Part shown: positions 11,883-24,191 of the stretch, in pieces
Layout of the letters: each line of letters opens with the position of its first letter
How positions within the stretch are numbered: position 1 is the first letter of the stretch
Assembly (NCBI GenBank): GCA_002269645.1
Contig: NIVC01002686.1
Location: 1-64,000 of the forward strand
Length of the DNA: 64,000 bases
Direction of reading: 5' to 3'
From: Macrostomum lignano
Taxonomy: Eukaryota
The notes under the pieces: generated by a model
Database searches by the model: none
What the model was told of the DNA's origin: nothing
What the model saw: the letters and a program-made list of their open reading frames with translations, nothing else
Program-made: the position numbers and the translations under genes

Positions 11883-13464
11883 CTAGAACTGTGTTTGTAT
11901 AGGAATGACTTTGAATTTGACAAAATGATCTTCCTACAACTTAGAGGCACAGCTATGGGGTGCATCTTTACGCCTAGCTATGCCTGTCTCTTCATGAGCC
12001 TCTGGGAAGAAACTGCCTTGAGAACTGCTCTTTATAAGCCAAAAAATTATTTTAGGTACATAGATAATATCTTCATTCACTGGGACCACCTGGCTGAAGC
12101 TCTGACAGAATTTGTTTGATACCTGAATTCAATCAACCCCAACATTAAACTCACCATCAGTTCCTTATCAACTAAGGTCAGTTTCCTTGACAGGACCATC
12201 AATCAAGAAAGCTGAAAACCGCTTCACAATACAACTGTTTTCAAAAGAAACAGACACTCATAGATTGCTGTACTGACAATCCTTCCATCCGTCACACACT
12301 TTCAAGGGGGTAGTAAAATCCCAAGTCCTTTGGTACGCTCGAATCTATGATGACTACAAGTCTTTCAACGATGCTTTCAATTCTTTAAAATTGGAACTCA
12401 AGTAATTAGGCTACTTGAAGATTTTTCTTAGAAACTGCAAAAAGGAGGTCCTTTAACTTATGAACTAGACTGCAAGACCAATGACCAATCTGGGTCTGCT
12501 TCCTCAAAGGGTTCCATCCTTGTGGGTCATCCCGCTGCAAATGCTGCACCCATTCATTGCATGCTCTCTCTGCCCAGGGACTGGGACTGGCTTCCAGTTT
12601 CTTAATCTCTCAGAGCCTATCCTGTGGCTCCAAGAGCATCTATGGCATCTCCTATAACCAGTGCCACCCTGGGAAAATCCTCTATGTAGGTATGACTAGA
12701 AGAACAATAAGAGAAAATGAACCAGCACAGGTCAAATATTAACAGGAGAATTGTTACTTTGGGGTCAGAGCACTTTCTCACTCCCAATCACTCGATTGCA
12801 AACTTTGTCACTATTGCCATTGAACAGGTTCTTAATAACAACAAAATCGAACTAAGGGAAGAAATCTGGATTAAAAAACTGTGGTCTGACAAACTGCCGG
12901 GTACGAACATCAGGGTTGACAATCATCTTCTCCAACCCATTCCATTGGTCCTTCCTTTTCACCTATCTATGGTCTGGCTGGCCAACACGATTGCTAAAAA
13001 CTTTGATAAGCTACAAAAAACAGGCTCCCACATACTGCCTGCATTTACATGGCAATATAATTTACAGAGCCTCCTGGCTCCCAATAATTTAAGTCTTAGC
13101 CAGGAAACCATTGAATCATTTTAACCAATGTGCTCACTTTACCCTATTGAAGTACAATATTTCTTCACTTTGTCATTTATTTTATCCAAACTACTTGATT
13201 GTATGCACAAATATTGATTTTTATGCTCCTACCTTCAATACCGGCATTTCATCTAATCGTATAGTACTTTGAAAAAAACATTTTTATATAATATACTATC
13301 AATTGAAATGAATGGTGAAAAGCCTCTGGGTCAAGTTAGAGCTAGACAAAACAGGGTTTTAAATGTACATCCCAGTTATATGTACAACTACTCATCAATT
13401 TTATCATCAGACTAAGAAAAATAGTACTTTAAAGACCAACTTGCTTTGCATTACACACAGATTT

Positions 13465-13506
13465 TTGACCTGACAAAGAGCCCAGAGGCTTGAAACCGGT
13501 AGCCAA
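13465..13506 (+). ncRNA. Minimal type I hammerhead ribozyme motif (decayed) at the PLE 3' end
   Basis: TTGAC-CTGACAA-A-GAGCC-CAGA-GGCTT-GAAA-C-CG-G-TA-GCCAA. Stem I is TTGAC/GCCAA with one mismatch, stem II has 5 bp, and the palindromic stem III ACCGGT carries a GUA cleavage triplet. Core G8 is mutated to A. Confidence 0.7.
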
Positions 13507-13553
13507 TTTTCTAAAATAATATTTTAATACACCATGACCTCTCTTCTCTCTCT

Positions 13554-14560
13554 CTACCTCTCCACACGCGCCCAGAAATAGAAGTCTAATGGGTTCAAAT
13601 CAGGCGATGAGGGAGGCCAGATGTCCCTACTCCAGAAATTGCTGAAGTTGGCTGCCAAAAACGCCTGCATTGTCCTCGCAGTATGAGCTGGAGTGCCATC
13701 CTGCTGAAACACATAGTCACCTCCTATGTACCTCTGCTGCAACCAGGGCAAGACTTGTGTCCTCAGTAGCTCCTGGTACGTTGCCGAGTTAATTTTCACA
13801 CCAGCCTCGATGAAGATTGGTGGGCACTTTTGGCCATCAGACATGATGACGCCCAGAACCATCACCGAGGCAGGGTGCTTGCAGTGTCGAATCACCCGAA
13901 CATTGCTTGGGAGCTCCGAAACTGGCCCAGAGACGATGCAGCGATCATTTCGCCTGTTGACGACAGCATCGATGGTGAACAGCTTCTCGTCCAGGAAGAC
14001 GTGCACGAGTCCACCATGGGACTTTAGCCAGTCCAGCAGACCTCTGGCCCTCTCTGCACGACAGCGCTTCTGGTTGGCAGACACACTGTGCCGGGCAACA
14101 ACAGCCCTGCTGTGCATGCCCAGGTCATCTTTGATGAGTTTCCTCATCGTGGACTCAGCCATGCTAAAGTCACGTGCCAGATGCCGGATGCTCCTCCTGG
14201 GATTTCGATGAATCCGTTGTTTTATGGCTCGAATCGTGGCAGCAGTGCGAGATGTGCGGGAGCGCCCACCGCCATGCCGAGCTTTCGTGTCTCCAGTCTC
14301 GTTAAGGAGCTTTTTGGTTCGGTAGACTCGCATTCTTGAGACACCAAGCTGTCTTGCAATTGACGCTGGCTTCTTATCCGCGCGAAGCTTTTCGACTATC
14401 TTTTTTCGAATCTCCTCGTACTTGGCCTTTTTAAGAGCAAATGGAATCAAATTTTGTATTTAAACTTTAGACTCTCTAATGTCACTCGTGTTTGAATTTA
14501 TAGCCCCCAAAAACGAAAACGAAAAATAGTAAGTGTAGCGTTTCAATGCGCGCACCCCAG
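13554..14560 (-). mobile_element. Tc1/mariner superfamily DD37D (maT) transposon, 3'-truncated transposase (ORF 14450-13554)
   Basis: N-terminal HTH (IARQLGVSRMRVYR) and catalytic motifs FLDEK, FQQDGTPAH and WPPSSPDLNPLDF. I count 37 residues between the 2nd and 3rd Asp. The ORF ends at an (AG)n tract, and the C-terminus and right TIR are missing. Confidence 0.9.
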
Positions 14561-15272
14561 GTGCCAACGGCATCGGGGTGATGACAGAATGCTTGAGAGA
14601 CTAGCTGAGGATGTCCAGCAGTTAAGGCTTGCCTACTGTCGAGGCTTGATTAGCAAAACTCAAGAAATTCTTATCAGGCTACTCATAATCACCTGGTGTC
14701 ATCTGTTGAAGGTGCCGACGGCATCGGGTTGATGACGGAATGCTCAAGAGACTAGGTGATGATGTCCAGCAGTTGATTTTTGCCCACTGTCGAGACTTTA
14801 TCAGCGAAACTAGAAAATTTGCAACAGCGTGTCCATAGTCACCTGGTGCCACCTGTTGAAGCTCCAGAAGCTCCGCCTGGGTGAAGGCTAGTGACTAATG
14901 AAGTCAGAGCTGATGCGGACACATGCGGTCGATGTGCTGATGAAATTTGGAGACTTGGCAAAGCTGCATTGAGGTGCAGTGCTGATTGGCACACAGGGGT
15001 ATACTGAATACACTAAGGCTTATGGGAAAAATCTGACCTTCTGGCAGAATTGTTGTCAAATATCTCGAGAAGGTGCGCAACAAGAAGTTAGTCCATGGTC
15101 TTGAATTTCGTGTGCCTGCGTTGCTCCGTTCCGGCGCAGCAAGGGGGGAATGGGGGGAAAAGTCAGGGGGGAATGTCCCCACCCTCTTGGTAGTTCTACT
15201 GTTAATATGCAAAATTGTCTGCTATAAGAGCAAAGAAATTACCAATACAATTTATAGCAAGAGATAGCAAAA

Positions 15273-17991
15273 ATGGCAAATCCCTATTCCTTGTATGTTT
15301 CAAGCTTAAAAAATGTTTTTAGGCTCTTATTGCAAAGGTTTTGGCTGTTTTAGCTATATTAGATTTTTTCAATAAAAAAGCTGTTAAAACCCATGGTTTT
15401 GAACCTGTAGTTTCAATCCCTAGAACTATGTTTGTATAAATTCTTAAATCTAAGCTCATTCAAACAAACATTTGTTAGGATCGACAATTAAACAAAAATG
15501 GACTAAATTTGAGTTAAATTAAGATTTGAGACAAGCATAAATCTTATCAGCTGGGGTGCCATGCCTCTCCTTTTCTCTCCCTTTTCTCTCGCTTTATCTA
15601 CAACACTGTTAACAAAGCAAATTAATATTTTCCCCATTCTAGTTGGTACTTTGGCAGCATAAATCGAGAGCAGGCCAATGAGATTCTACTGAGCGGCCAG
15701 GTTGGCATGTACCTTGTGCGTGCCAGCAAAACTGAACGAGGTAGTTTTGTTCTGAGTGTTCGGTGAGTTTCTAAATCCTTGTTAATTATCATTAGTCCCA
15801 ACAGCTCGCTAAAACCTAATCATAATTCACAAATAACTTGAATTTCAGGGACACGCAGCAGACCAATCACTACAAAATAGTTGTTTTGCCGCGCAAAAAC
15901 AGCGATGGCTTCAAGTTCAGAATTGGTCCAACTGAATTTCTATTCATTCAGGATATACTGAACTACTATAAGAAGAATAAGCTGGTTGATTCCACCTTAA
16001 CTGTTCCTGTGAGCTTGATTTTGTCATTGTGTGTGTCATGGCCACATTAGCTTTCATTTTTTAATATTTTTTCGAGCCAATTATAAGACATCACTTCACT
16101 TCACCTACTATCAGTAGCCAGCAAAGCTATTTAACATTAAAAATTGTCTCAATCAAACAGGCGCCGCGACCCGTTTACCGGGTTAAAATTGACTACAGGC
16201 CCGATTCGGATGCCTCTGCGATTGGCCTGCGCCGCAACGAATGCGTTCTGTTCCTGGATGTGGCCACCAAGCCGGACGGAGCAGAAGACGCCGAGTGGTG
16301 GCACGTGTTGAAAAAGAATACGGGTGAGATTGACAAATTAGCTGGGTTTCCGGGTAGCTGACTGATCAGCATGGATAGCTGACTGATCAGCATGGGTAGC
16401 TGACTGATCAGCATGGGTAGCTGACTGATCAGCATGGATAGCTGACTGATCAGCATGGATAGCGTGGGTAGCTGACTGATCAGCATGGGTAGCTGACTGA
16501 TCAGCATGGGTAGCTGACTGATCAGCATGGATAGCGTGGGTAGCTGACTGATCAGCATGGGTAGCTGACTGATCAGCATGGATAGCGTGGGTAGCTGACT
16601 GATCAGCATGGGTAGCTGACTGATCAGCATGGATAGCGTGGGTAGCTGACTGATCAGCATGGATAGCGTGGGTAGCTGACTGATCAGCATGGGTAGCTGA
16701 CTGATCAGCATGGATAGCGTGGGTAGCTGACTGATCAGCATGGGTAGCTGACTGATCAGCATGGATAGCATGGGTAGCTGACTGATCAGCATGGATAGCT
16801 GACTGATCAGCATGGATAGCTGACTGATCAGCATGGGTAGCTGACTGATCAGCATGGATAGCTGACTGATCAGCATGGGTAGCTGACTGATCAGCATGGA
16901 TAGCTGACTGATCAGCATGGGTAGCTGACTGATCAGCATGGGTAGCTGACTGATCAGCATGGGTAGCTGACTGATCAGCATGGGTAGCTGACTGATCAGC
17001 ATGGATAGCTGACTGATCAGCATGGGTAGCTGACTGATCAGCATGGGTAGCTGACTGATCAGCATGGATAGCTGACTGATCAGCATGGGTAGCTGACTGA
17101 TCAGCATGGGTAGCTGACTGATCAGCGTGGGTAGCTGACTGATCAGCATGGGTAGCTGACTGATCAGCATGGATAGCTGACTGATCAGCGTGGGTAGCTG
17201 ACTGATCAGCGTGGGTAGCTGACTGATCAGCATGGGTAGCTGACTGATCAGCATGGGTAGCTGACTGATCAGCATGGGTAGCTGACTGATCAGCATGGGT
17301 AGCTGACTGATCAGCATGGATAGCTGACTGATCAGCATGGATAGCTGACTGATCAGCATGGATAGCTGACTGATCAGCATGGGTAGCTGACTGATCAGCA
17401 TGGGTAGCTGACTGATCAGCATGGGTAGCTGACTGATCAGCATGGGTAGCTGACTGATCAGCATGGATAGCTGACTGATCAGCATGGATAGCTGACTGAT
17501 CAGCATGGGTAGCTGACTGATCAGCATGGGTAGCAATTTACTAACTGCCCCAGACCTACCCACTTGCAGGTGAAGTTGGCTGCGTGCCAAAGTCGTGCCT
17601 TCGCCAGAGCAATCCTGGCGGAGAGGACGGCAAATTCGCCGTACTCCTCCAGCTCAACTTGCCATTCGATGTAGAAGTTGTACGGCCTCGCAATCCGAAT
17701 ATATTCGATCCCAGCCAGCTGCGGATGGAACCCGGAGACCACATCCGGGTGAAAAAGATGGACCCAAACAGTCCCGAGCTGTGGTACGGAGTGAACCTGC
17801 GAACTAAAGCCGAGGGCGTGTTCCCCTTCAACTATGTGCGACCGCTGTCGCAGGAGCATCACGCTGACCACTGCCGACATTCCGGCTTGTCAAGCAACAG
17901 CGCCGCCTCCTGTCGGCCGGGCAATCGGGTCAGCCAGGCATCTGGCTGTACTCTTGACGAGTACGTTGAGAGCACTGCTGTGGCTCTGTGA
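15273..17991 (+). CDS. CRK: Crk/CrkL-like adaptor (SH2-SH3-SH3), 294 aa, 5 exons
   Basis: Exons 15273-15292, 15643-15762, 15849-16008, 16161-16323 and 17570-17991 total 885 nt in frame. N-terminal SH2: WYFGSINREQANEILL..YLVRAS..GSFVLSVR..NHYKI. SH3: EWWHVLKKNTGEVGCVP. C-terminal SH3: PRNPNIFDPSQL..GVFPFNYV, resembling Crk RVPNAYDKTAL..GHFPFTHV. Confidence 0.85.
16352..17534. repeat. 21-bp minisatellite (ATGGGTAGCTGACTGATCAGC, with 30-bp variants) filling Crk intron 4
   Basis: Direct tandem repeat; it explains the spurious 465-aa MLISQLP ORF. Confidence 0.97.
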
Positions 17992-18084
17992 CACCTGAAT
18001 CTTGGGCGTTCTGTATTCTGTGGCGAATTCTGCGACCGATATTTTATGTTATGACAGTTTTACTGCACTTTTTGAGACTTGCCG

Positions 18085-18416
18085 TTTTCATCGAATTTTC
18101 ACTCCCTGAGTATAGCGGATTTCATCGGATTTTCACTCCCTGAGTATAGCGGATTTCATCGGATTTTCACTCCCTGAGAATGGCAGATTTTGATCAGATT
18201 TTCACTCCCTGAGAATGGCAGATTTTGATCAGATTTTCACTCCCTGAGAATGGCAGATTTTGATCAGATTTTCACTCCCTGAAAATGGCAGATTTTGATC
18301 AGATTTTCACTCCCTGAGAATGGCAGATTTTGATCAGATTTTCAGTCCCTGAGAATGGCAGATTTTGATCAGATTTTCAGTCCCTGAGAATGGCAGATTT
18401 TGATCTGATTTTCACT
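18085..18416. repeat. 35-bp minisatellite downstream of Crk
   Basis: TTTTCACTCCCTGAGAATGGCAGATTTTGATCAGA tandem copies. Confidence 0.95.
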
Positions 18417-19248
18417 GGAAGCAACCCGTCGTTGCGGCCTTGAGGCCTTCTAAATCTTATTGCCTATAAGCGGCTCTTTTATCAGTTAATATTTTATGTA
18501 TCAAGTTTGCACTATACTAAATTTGCAATAAGCTTTTTCTTATTATCGTACTGCTAGTAGTATGCATGCGCCAGCTGACATTATTTTAAAATATCTATAG
18601 ATCACATTTAATTACACCTGAAACTGTCAGTCAGTAAAGTAAACTAGTATTGCTCTGGCAATATATTTTACTACAGTCTTTTGGTGGCAATATTTTCATT
18701 AGTTTTTTTATATATTGGCTTTTATATTCAAGAGTTAATTTACTTAATTAATTTTTTATTGAAAATAGTTCAGCTCAAGACTTGGTGCTACTATTTACTT
18801 GTTTATTAGTAATATATTCAGCTTTTTATTCCAGCTAGCAGTTTTATGATGTATGTAAGTCCAATTTGATCTCGAAGTTTCATTCAGCCTTTGGTATTTT
18901 TATTACATTATTGTGATACAATTTTTTTGTCAATAAGGCTAGAAACAGCCGGTTTATGATTTATAAATATATGATATCGTATTCCACTATAATGCATTGT
19001 TTTTTGTTAATTCTTTAAGAAAGGAAACACTTAAAGTCCGTAGATCTGTCGTTAATTAATTATTTGTATTTTGAACCCGATATAAAACTGAGTAATGCAC
19101 CCCTTATGTGCTGTTAGTGCAGTGGCCTGTGAAGTATAAGTTCTTTTTGTATATAAAAACTGTATTTCACACCGTTCATGTATCCATTTGACCGTCACAA
19201 TGCAAACAGAGTTCTTACCAGCTTTGGATGAAGGTTGCCTCTAGCAAC

Positions 19249-20150
19249 AAAAATGGCGCCTGGGATACCCAACATGGCACCTCAAGAAGTCAAAAATGGC
19301 GCCTGGGACACCCAACATGGCACCTCAAGAAGTCAAAAATGGTGCATGTGACACCCAACATGGCGCCTCAAGAAGTCAAAAATGGCGCCTGTGACACCCA
19401 ACATGGCGCCTCAAGAAGTCAAAAATGGCGCCTGGGACACCCAACATGGCACCTCAAGAAGTCAAAAATGGCGTCTGTGACACCCAACATGGCGCCTCAA
19501 GAAGTCAAAAATGGCGCCTGTGACACCCAACATGGCGCCTCATAAAATCAAAAATGGCGCCTGTGACACCCAACATGGCGCCTCAAGAAGTCAAAAATGG
19601 CGCCTGTGACACCCAACATGGTGCCTCAAGAAGTCAAAAATGGCGCCTGGGACACCCAACATGGCGCCTCAAGAAGTCAAAAATGGCGCCTGTGACACCC
19701 AACATGGTGCCTCAAGAAGTCAAAAATGGCGCCTGTGACACCCAACATGGTGCCTCAAGAAGTCAAAAAATGGCGCCTGGGACACCCAACATGGTGCCTC
19801 AAGAAGTCAAAAATGGCGCCTGTGACACCCAACATGGCGCCTCAAGAAGTCAAAAATGGCGCCTGTGACACCCAACATGGTGCCTCAAGAAGTCAAAAAT
19901 GGCGCCTGGGACACCCAACATGGTGCCTCAAGAAGTCAAAAATGGCGCCTCTGACAACCAATATGGCGCCCAGAAAAGTTAAAAATAGCGCCTATGACAA
20001 CCAATATATCGCCCAAAGAATAAAAAAATGGCGCCTCTGATAACAAATATAGCGGCCAAAGAAGCCAAAAATGGCGCCGTTGACACTCAACATGGCGCCA
20101 CAAGAAGTTAAAAATGGCGCCTCTGACACTCGAACACCCAATATGGTGAT
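19249..20150. repeat. 43-bp minisatellite
   Basis: AAAAATGGCGCCTGTGACACCCAACATGGCGCCTCAAGAAGTC tandem copies, decaying to the right. Confidence 0.96.
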
Positions 20151-22483
20151 CCACTGTAGTATTCTTAGCTTAGGATTGCAGCTTTAGGACCTAAGATAAA
20201 TATTGATCATACTCTTTATCTCGAAAATCGCTTTGCTAGAAATCTGGGCAAAAGCCTTCAAAGACGGACGCATCTAAGAAAGCAAGACGCCAGTTTCCTC
20301 TAAAAGCATGCAAAAAACAAGCTCGAAACAGTTTTGAGTTGCCGGCGGTAGAAGCAGGTTAGGGGGGTAGGTAAGTGGCACACGGTTTTTTCCTTGCGGG
20401 CACAGACAGGGAAATTCCGCTCTTTTTGCTTTGCCGGCCGGGCGCGCATGTTAAAGAGGCCTTGGCGGCGTCACAAGACTCTGGAACTAATGAGTCTGCC
20501 TGGCTGCGGCTCGGCCTGCCAGCGAGCTGGCTGATTAGGCAGGCCCTGCAGCCTCTCCTTTCCCCTGCCCTGCGTCTCAACCAACCGACAGCCATGTGGT
20601 CAAGTGGAGCGAGTCTGCAACGTAAATCACAGCCTCTCTTCTCCTCATCCTAGAGCCCCGGCTCGGCCTCTTCATTCACTGTTGCATCACTCACTCATTC
20701 GGGCATATAAGCACGCACCTACTTCACACCTGGCAGCAAAGGCGCGGCATCACTTGAGGGTCGACTCTCTCTCTCTCGCTGGCTTCACTCTGGAATCCTC
20801 TTCCAGCCTCCCACTCACTAGTGGGCCTCTTCATTAAAAGTCTGCTATGCTACCGGGGATCCGTCATCTCATTCCTGTGCTCAACTCTCGTCGAAAATCC
20901 ACGTCGATCTTTTTGAGCCTCGAGGCGACACAGTCGGGCAAGTGCGGCTTGCCAGCATGGGGTCTCCGGGCCGGGCCATGGAGACTGGCAAAACTAGACT
21001 AGCTGTCTTCTGTGGTGTTGAACACATCTTCAGTGTGTTCCCATTGATTTGTAGCGGCCGAATCGTTAACCAACTGTCGTCATCATGAATTTGTTGCGTA
21101 AGCTGTTAGAAGGGCGCTGTAGCTTGCACAATGTTGATCTTCTTAATTTGTTGTCGCTGATCAGCGGAATATGAACGTACATATTCAGAAGGCAGCCGTA
21201 TTTTAATTGTCCCGTGTTTGACAACTGAAAGCTCGCTCGTGAAAGGGAGATCTGAGATAGGCTATCATTTTTATGAATGTTATTGATATTTAGTTTATTA
21301 TGTGAAGTATTTGATGAGTTTGAAATAAGGCAGACAGAAAGACAGGCAGGCGGGCAGGCAGACAGACAGACAGACAGACACACTAAGACAGGCAGACAGA
21401 CAGGCAGGCACAGGATGATGGAGTATGAGCCAGTGCTAGCACCAGCATGCCAGCTAATTCAGCATCTGCATTGAAAAGCTTTGCAGGCCAGGCCAGCCAG
21501 TCAGCTGAACTGAAAGATTCTCTCGCCACTGAGAGCCCGGCATTTCCGCAGTTGCTGCTTCTGCAACTCGCGGGTCAGTCAAAAAACACGCAGACACTCT
21601 CGGATGCCATTAGCTGGCGCCGAGCCGGCATCCCGGTTGCCACCCGCGAGGCCTCCCGCCGCCTCCGGTCGACTTGAGCTCAATTCTTTCTTCCCAAACA
21701 CGATCTCGTCTAAGGCGCCGGCCAAAGAAAAGGATGCGGGACATCCCCAGGTAGGGCGGGAGCGGATGAGCTCCGGGAGATGAGGTGCGAATAGAAAATG
21801 AAACAGCTCGGCTTCCTGCTGCCAACTCCTCTGCGACTTCGCGCAGAGCGCGTGACAGCTCCCGCTGACTCCGCTGGGACACCGCTCCGCTTCCACTTCC
21901 ATTTCCCTCAAATAATTTCGATTGTTCCCTTGCTCAGAGCAATTTTTAATCTCCGCCTCCGTCCGACAGCCCCCCCCCCGCTGAGACCGACTGTCATTAA
22001 GGTGGCCATCGGTCAAGCGCCGCAGAAGCAAATGAAAATCTGCGCCGCCGCATGCAATATTCAAACTCTGAGGGTGGCTGCATGGTCGCCTTTCAATCCC
22101 GCCTTCACTGGGCTTTCGCTGTTCGTCTACGCATTTTTATATTTAATTCACGCTCTCTCTCCGCAGGTGGTTCCGCTCCGAGTGCTCCTGCCTGTTTTAT
22201 CAAGCCCAACAGAGCAGAACCGCTTGCACTAACTATATGTCTGTCTGTGGCTTCTGGCTCTTCAATTCCTGCATATCTCTACTATGTATTTTATATGCTA
22301 TATTATAACCTACTTTGTCTTATTTGATTGTTTGATTGATTTAATGACTTCTATTGTTCAGCTCATTTTTATATCATTTTCATGCTCCTTCTAGGACTGT
22401 CAAATCTAAGCTGTACAGCAGAAAATACAGCCATTTCAGAACTAAAATTAATACTTTCATATCTACGAAAGCCTGTCACCCCA

Positions 22484-23232
22484 GCTGTAAAGAGATTGAA
22501 ACGTTATACAGAAGCTGTAAAACCAGCTGTACAGAGGCTGTCAAACTAGCTGTATAAAGACTGTCAAACCAGCTGTCCAATGGCTGTCACACCAGCTGTA
22601 CAAAGGCTGTCACACCAGCTGTACAAAGGCTGTCAAACCAGCTGTACAAAGGCTGTCACACCAGCTGTACAAAGGCTGTCAAACCAGCTGTACAAAGGCT
22701 GTCACACCAGCTGTACAAAGGCTGTGAAACCAGCTGTACAAAGGCTGTCAAACCAGCTGTACAAAGGCTGTCAAACCAGCTGTACAAAGGCTGTCACACC
22801 AGCTGTACAAAGACTGTCAAACCAGCTGTATAAAGGCTGTCAAACCAGCTGTACAAAGACTGTCAAACCAGCTGTATAGAGGCTGTCAAACCAGCTGTAC
22901 AAAGACTGTCAAACCAGCTGTATAAAGGCTGTCAAACCAGCTGTACAAAGACTGTCAAACCAGCTGTATAGAGGCTGTCAAACCAGCTGTACAAAGACTG
23001 TCAAACCAGCTGTATAGAGGCTGTCAAACCAGCTGTACAAAGACTGTCAAACCAGTTGTATAGAGGCTGTCAAACCAGCTGTACAAAGGCTGTCAAACCA
23101 GTTGTATAGAGGCTGTCAAACCAGCTGTACAAAGGCTGTCAAACCAGCTGTACAAAGGCTGTCAAACCAGCAGTTCAGAGGCCTTCAAACTGCACCTATC
23201 TGTAAAAATGTTGGCAAACCAGCTGTACACAG
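22484..23232. repeat. 23-bp minisatellite
   Basis: CTGTCAAACCAGCTGTACAAAGG tandem copies. Confidence 0.96.
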
Positions 23233-24191
23233 ACGCTGCCAAGTTCCTATAGGATCAAATACTAGAAATCTAAATAAATTGCAATTTTCACTGCATATGT
23301 TGCAGTCTAAGCAGACACCAGTCACTAAGCCAATGTAATGCAATGCGCGTTGGTTTTACAACCGAAATGAAAAAAATGAAATCCTGAATTGCTCAGCTAA
23401 CAAAAGTGAATTGAATTCTGCGCAAAGCTCTGAGTAATCCATGCAGAAGAAATTGAGTTGTTGCTCAGTCCAGACGGAGGACTCTGGATTTAGCTGCCGG
23501 ATCCTGCATCAGTTTGAGGCTGCATGGGAAAGCATTGCAAAATTGTGACAAATCTTGCCTGGGGAGTTTTTTCCCCTGCGCGCGTCTGCTGGCCATTGTC
23601 CCCCTGCAACTCCCCCTGACCGGGGCTGCTGCTGCTGCTGCTGTTGTTGTTGCTTCTGCTGCTGTTTGCTTTAAAAAGACGCGCACAGCTCAGACAAGAG
23701 CTGATAGTGTTGTGTTTAAAAAAGTAGGTAGTTGGGGAGGGCGGCTGTTCCTGGCAGGATGGCCGCTTTGCTGCGCTGCGGGGACAGCTGTATGCGAGCC
23801 CCGATGGGGAGAAAGTGAGGCGCGCGGGGGCTAGAGTATCCCAATGTCGGGCCTCCCGCTGTGAGAAGGCGCTGACTTGACAGGGGAAGCAGGAACTGCA
23901 TGGTTGGGGGGAAGAGAAGTCGGTGAACAAAGGAGAGAGCTGGGTTCACAGGCTGCACCGTGATGGAATCAACCGATGCGAGAGGTCGGGCTTAAAAAGA
24001 AAGCAAAACTGCCAGAGCACTGCCAGGTCTTGCAGCTCTTGAGGATTTTTCTCCTAATGTCTTTGCGCCAGAAATGAGCTATTGGGGGAAGTTATTCAAT
24101 AGGGGGAGAAATTGAGCCTGAAGACGTCTATAGCTGGGATTTGTTTTTGTGCAAATTCTGCAGTGCGAACATGATGCAGTTATAGATAGAA

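Larger units (their letters stand above)
10760..13510 (+). mobile_element. Degenerate Penelope-like retroelement (RT plus GIY-YIG endonuclease, Neptune-like), interrupted at 11183-11882
   Basis: Broken-frame RT motifs: FYLLPKIYK..GRPIVS, TCDVESLF, KLLELCLYRNDFEF..QLRGTAMG..PSYACLFM, YFRYIDNIF. GIY-YIG region: IYGIS.NQC..LYVGMTRR..HRSNI..EHF..NHS..IAIEQV..REEIWIKKL. Many stops and frameshifts. A hammerhead-like motif lies at the 3' end. Confidence 0.88.

Noticed and set aside
16193-17590. 465-aa ORF (MLISQLP repeats)
   Set aside because: Antisense translation of the 21-bp intronic minisatellite
20449-21024. Possible solo LTR (TGTT...AACA with TATAA and ATTAAA)
   Set aside because: No TSD, PBS or second copy
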